Of a stretch of DNA of 36,533 nucleotides, positions 35,230-36,533 are shown in pieces. Made by a program: the position numbers and the translations under genes. The stretch is from Patescibacteria group bacterium (GTDB taxonomy: Bacteria; Patescibacteriota; Gracilibacteria; UBA1369). The stretch's first letter is position 1. Every line of letters starts with the position of its first letter. The notes under the pieces are model-generated. The model was not told the DNA's origin. It worked only from the letters and a program-made list of their open reading frames with translations, and searched no databases. The stretch covers positions 1 to 36,533 of the forward strand of contig JAHJEW010000098.1 in assembly GCA_018825335.1 (NCBI GenBank). Reading direction: 5' to 3'.

Positions 35230-35892
35230 TTATCCAAACATTTCCGTTTGTCTGCTTAAGCGTGCAACCGGCTCGTACGTCCTGCGGTGAATTTCGCATA
35301 TCCCGTGCTCTTTTATGCCTTTCTGGTGCCTTTTTGTGCCGTACCCCATATTTTCATCGAAACCATAAAGTGGGAATTTTTTTGCGTATTTTTTCATTAT
35401 TTTGTCTCTTTCTACTTTTGCAATTATTGACGCGCAGGCTACTATTTTTACTTTTTCATCGCCCTTAATTACGCTCACATACGGGATTGGCATGTTGAAT
35501 TTGTCGCGACCGTCAATTATGAGCAGGTCGGGGGGCCGACGGGATTTGTCTTTTTTCAATGCTTCAAGCGCACGGGTGAATGCGCGGTTTGTGGCTTTTA
35601 TCAGCCCCAATTCATCAATCTCTTCGTGCGTGGCCGATCCAACACCAAAAAATACCTTTGTTTTTAATTTTCTGTAAATTTCCTCGCGTTTTTCCGCCGT
35701 CAGAGCTTTCGAATTTTTCAGTCCTTTAATGCGCAGATCTTTTCCCCTGAAAACGACCACCGCGGCCACTACCGGCCCCGCCCAAGGACCGCGGCCAGCC
35801 TCGTCCATCCCGCAAAAGACACGGCTCCCACCGATGTCCGGCCGCTTTACAATCGCTTCCTCCAGCACCTTTTTTATCGACAAAAAAGCCAT
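35230..35892 (-). CDS. rnhB: ribonuclease HII
   Basis: GMDEAGRGPWAGPVVAA, IIDG, IKGD, ASIIAKVERD, GYGT..H, HRRTY. Confidence 0.96.
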   Translation of the reverse strand: MAFLSIKKVLEEAIVKRPDIGGSRVFCGMDEAGRGPWAGPVVAAVVVFRGKDLRIKGLKNSKALTAEKREEIYRKLKTKVFFGVGSATHEEIDELGLIKATNRAFTRALEALKKDKSRRPPDLLIIDGRDKFNMPIPYVSVIKGDEKVKIVACASIIAKVERDKIMKKYAKKFPLYGFDENMGYGTKRHQKGIKEHGICEIHRRTYEPVARLSRQTEMFG

Positions 35893-35953
35893 AGGTTCAT
35901 ACTATGGCTTTTTGAGGGTTGGTACTAGATTGATATGCGCTGAGGACTGTGTT

Positions 35954-36499
35954 CTACTCTTCTTTCGCCGGTTCTTCGGGGGCCTTTGCGGGAGCTTCTT
36001 CAGCGGCTGCGACGGGTGCTTCTTCCACAGTCGCACCGCCCGCCTCTGCGGTTACCACCTCTTCTGCTTCTGATCCGGCCTCCTCTACAGCTTCCTCTTC
36101 CTCGTGCATGCCTTTCTTTTTCCTATGTGTCTCATCTTTTTCTGTAAGTCCGAGTTTGGCGCTTAATCGCTTGGACATTCCCGACGCGCCTCTGATGAAA
36201 TTAAGCTTTGCCCTGCGAATGCCGAATGTTTTCTTAACTTCTATTTTTGCAATGAGCGGTGAATTGACGGGGAAAATCTTTTCCACAGCAATCCCCTGCA
36301 CCACCTTGCGCACAGTGAACGTTTTACTTGCCACGTGCCCGGAGTTCAATCCTACAACCATACCTTCAAAAACCTGGATTCTTTCTTTTTCCCCCTCCTT
36401 GATTTTCTGATGTACGCGCACCTGGTATCCCGGTCTTAAAACCGGCATTTTCTTGTTTATAAACTTTTTTTCGATTTCCTGAATCAGTAAATTAGACAT
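35954..36499 (-). CDS. rplS: 50S ribosomal protein L19 with acidic Glu/Ala tail
   Basis: PGYQVRVHQKIKEGEKERIQVFEG, TFTVRK, VEKIFP, RRAKLNF. Start set at ATG of MSNLL. Confidence 0.95.
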   Translation of the reverse strand: MSNLLIQEIEKKFINKKMPVLRPGYQVRVHQKIKEGEKERIQVFEGMVVGLNSGHVASKTFTVRKVVQGIAVEKIFPVNSPLIAKIEVKKTFGIRRAKLNFIRGASGMSKRLSAKLGLTEKDETHRKKKGMHEEEEAVEEAGSEAEEVVTAEAGGATVEEAPVAAAEEAPAKAPEEPAKEE

Positions 36500-36533
36500 G
36501 TTTTTTTTGATTAAAGCCAAGCCATATTATGGA

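Noticed and set aside
1-36533. Alternative genetic code (TGA as Gly, code 25)
   Set aside because: Conserved genes such as clpC and rmuC end at TGA at expected lengths and none is interrupted by in-frame TGA.

Overview
A 36.5 kb bacterial chromosome segment using genetic code 11. The backbone is moderately AT-rich housekeeping DNA: tRNA-Arg, ruvB, CIRCE-controlled clpC, rpsA, a UvrD-nuclease fusion, rmuC, infB, dTDP-sugar genes split by proS, VKOR/CcdA-like genes, a csaB-like gene, a type II toxin-antitoxin pair, rnhB and rplS. The gene content, the charged protein tails and the mostly SD-less starts suggest Patescibacteria/CPR (Peregrinibacteria-like); this is inference. The main finding is three sharply bounded, visibly GC-rich cassettes (about 25.7-27.0, 27.4-32.3 and 34.5-35.2 kb). 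They encode myxobacterial-looking exported proteins: three lipoproteins, one with 20 eight-Cys modules, and a probable outer-membrane beta-barrel protein, all with SD-like purine tracts. All three cassettes share one architecture: an AT-rich sigma70-type promoter (clear for two), then a hairpin, then a boxA-like GAYCTTTRA motif overlapping the 5' arm of a cassette-specific 15-23 bp inverted repeat whose partner lies after the last gene. Each transcript could therefore close into an rRNA-precursor-like 5'/3' stem. I do not recognise this as a described system. GC levels are visual estimates and family assignments come from motif recognition, not database searches.
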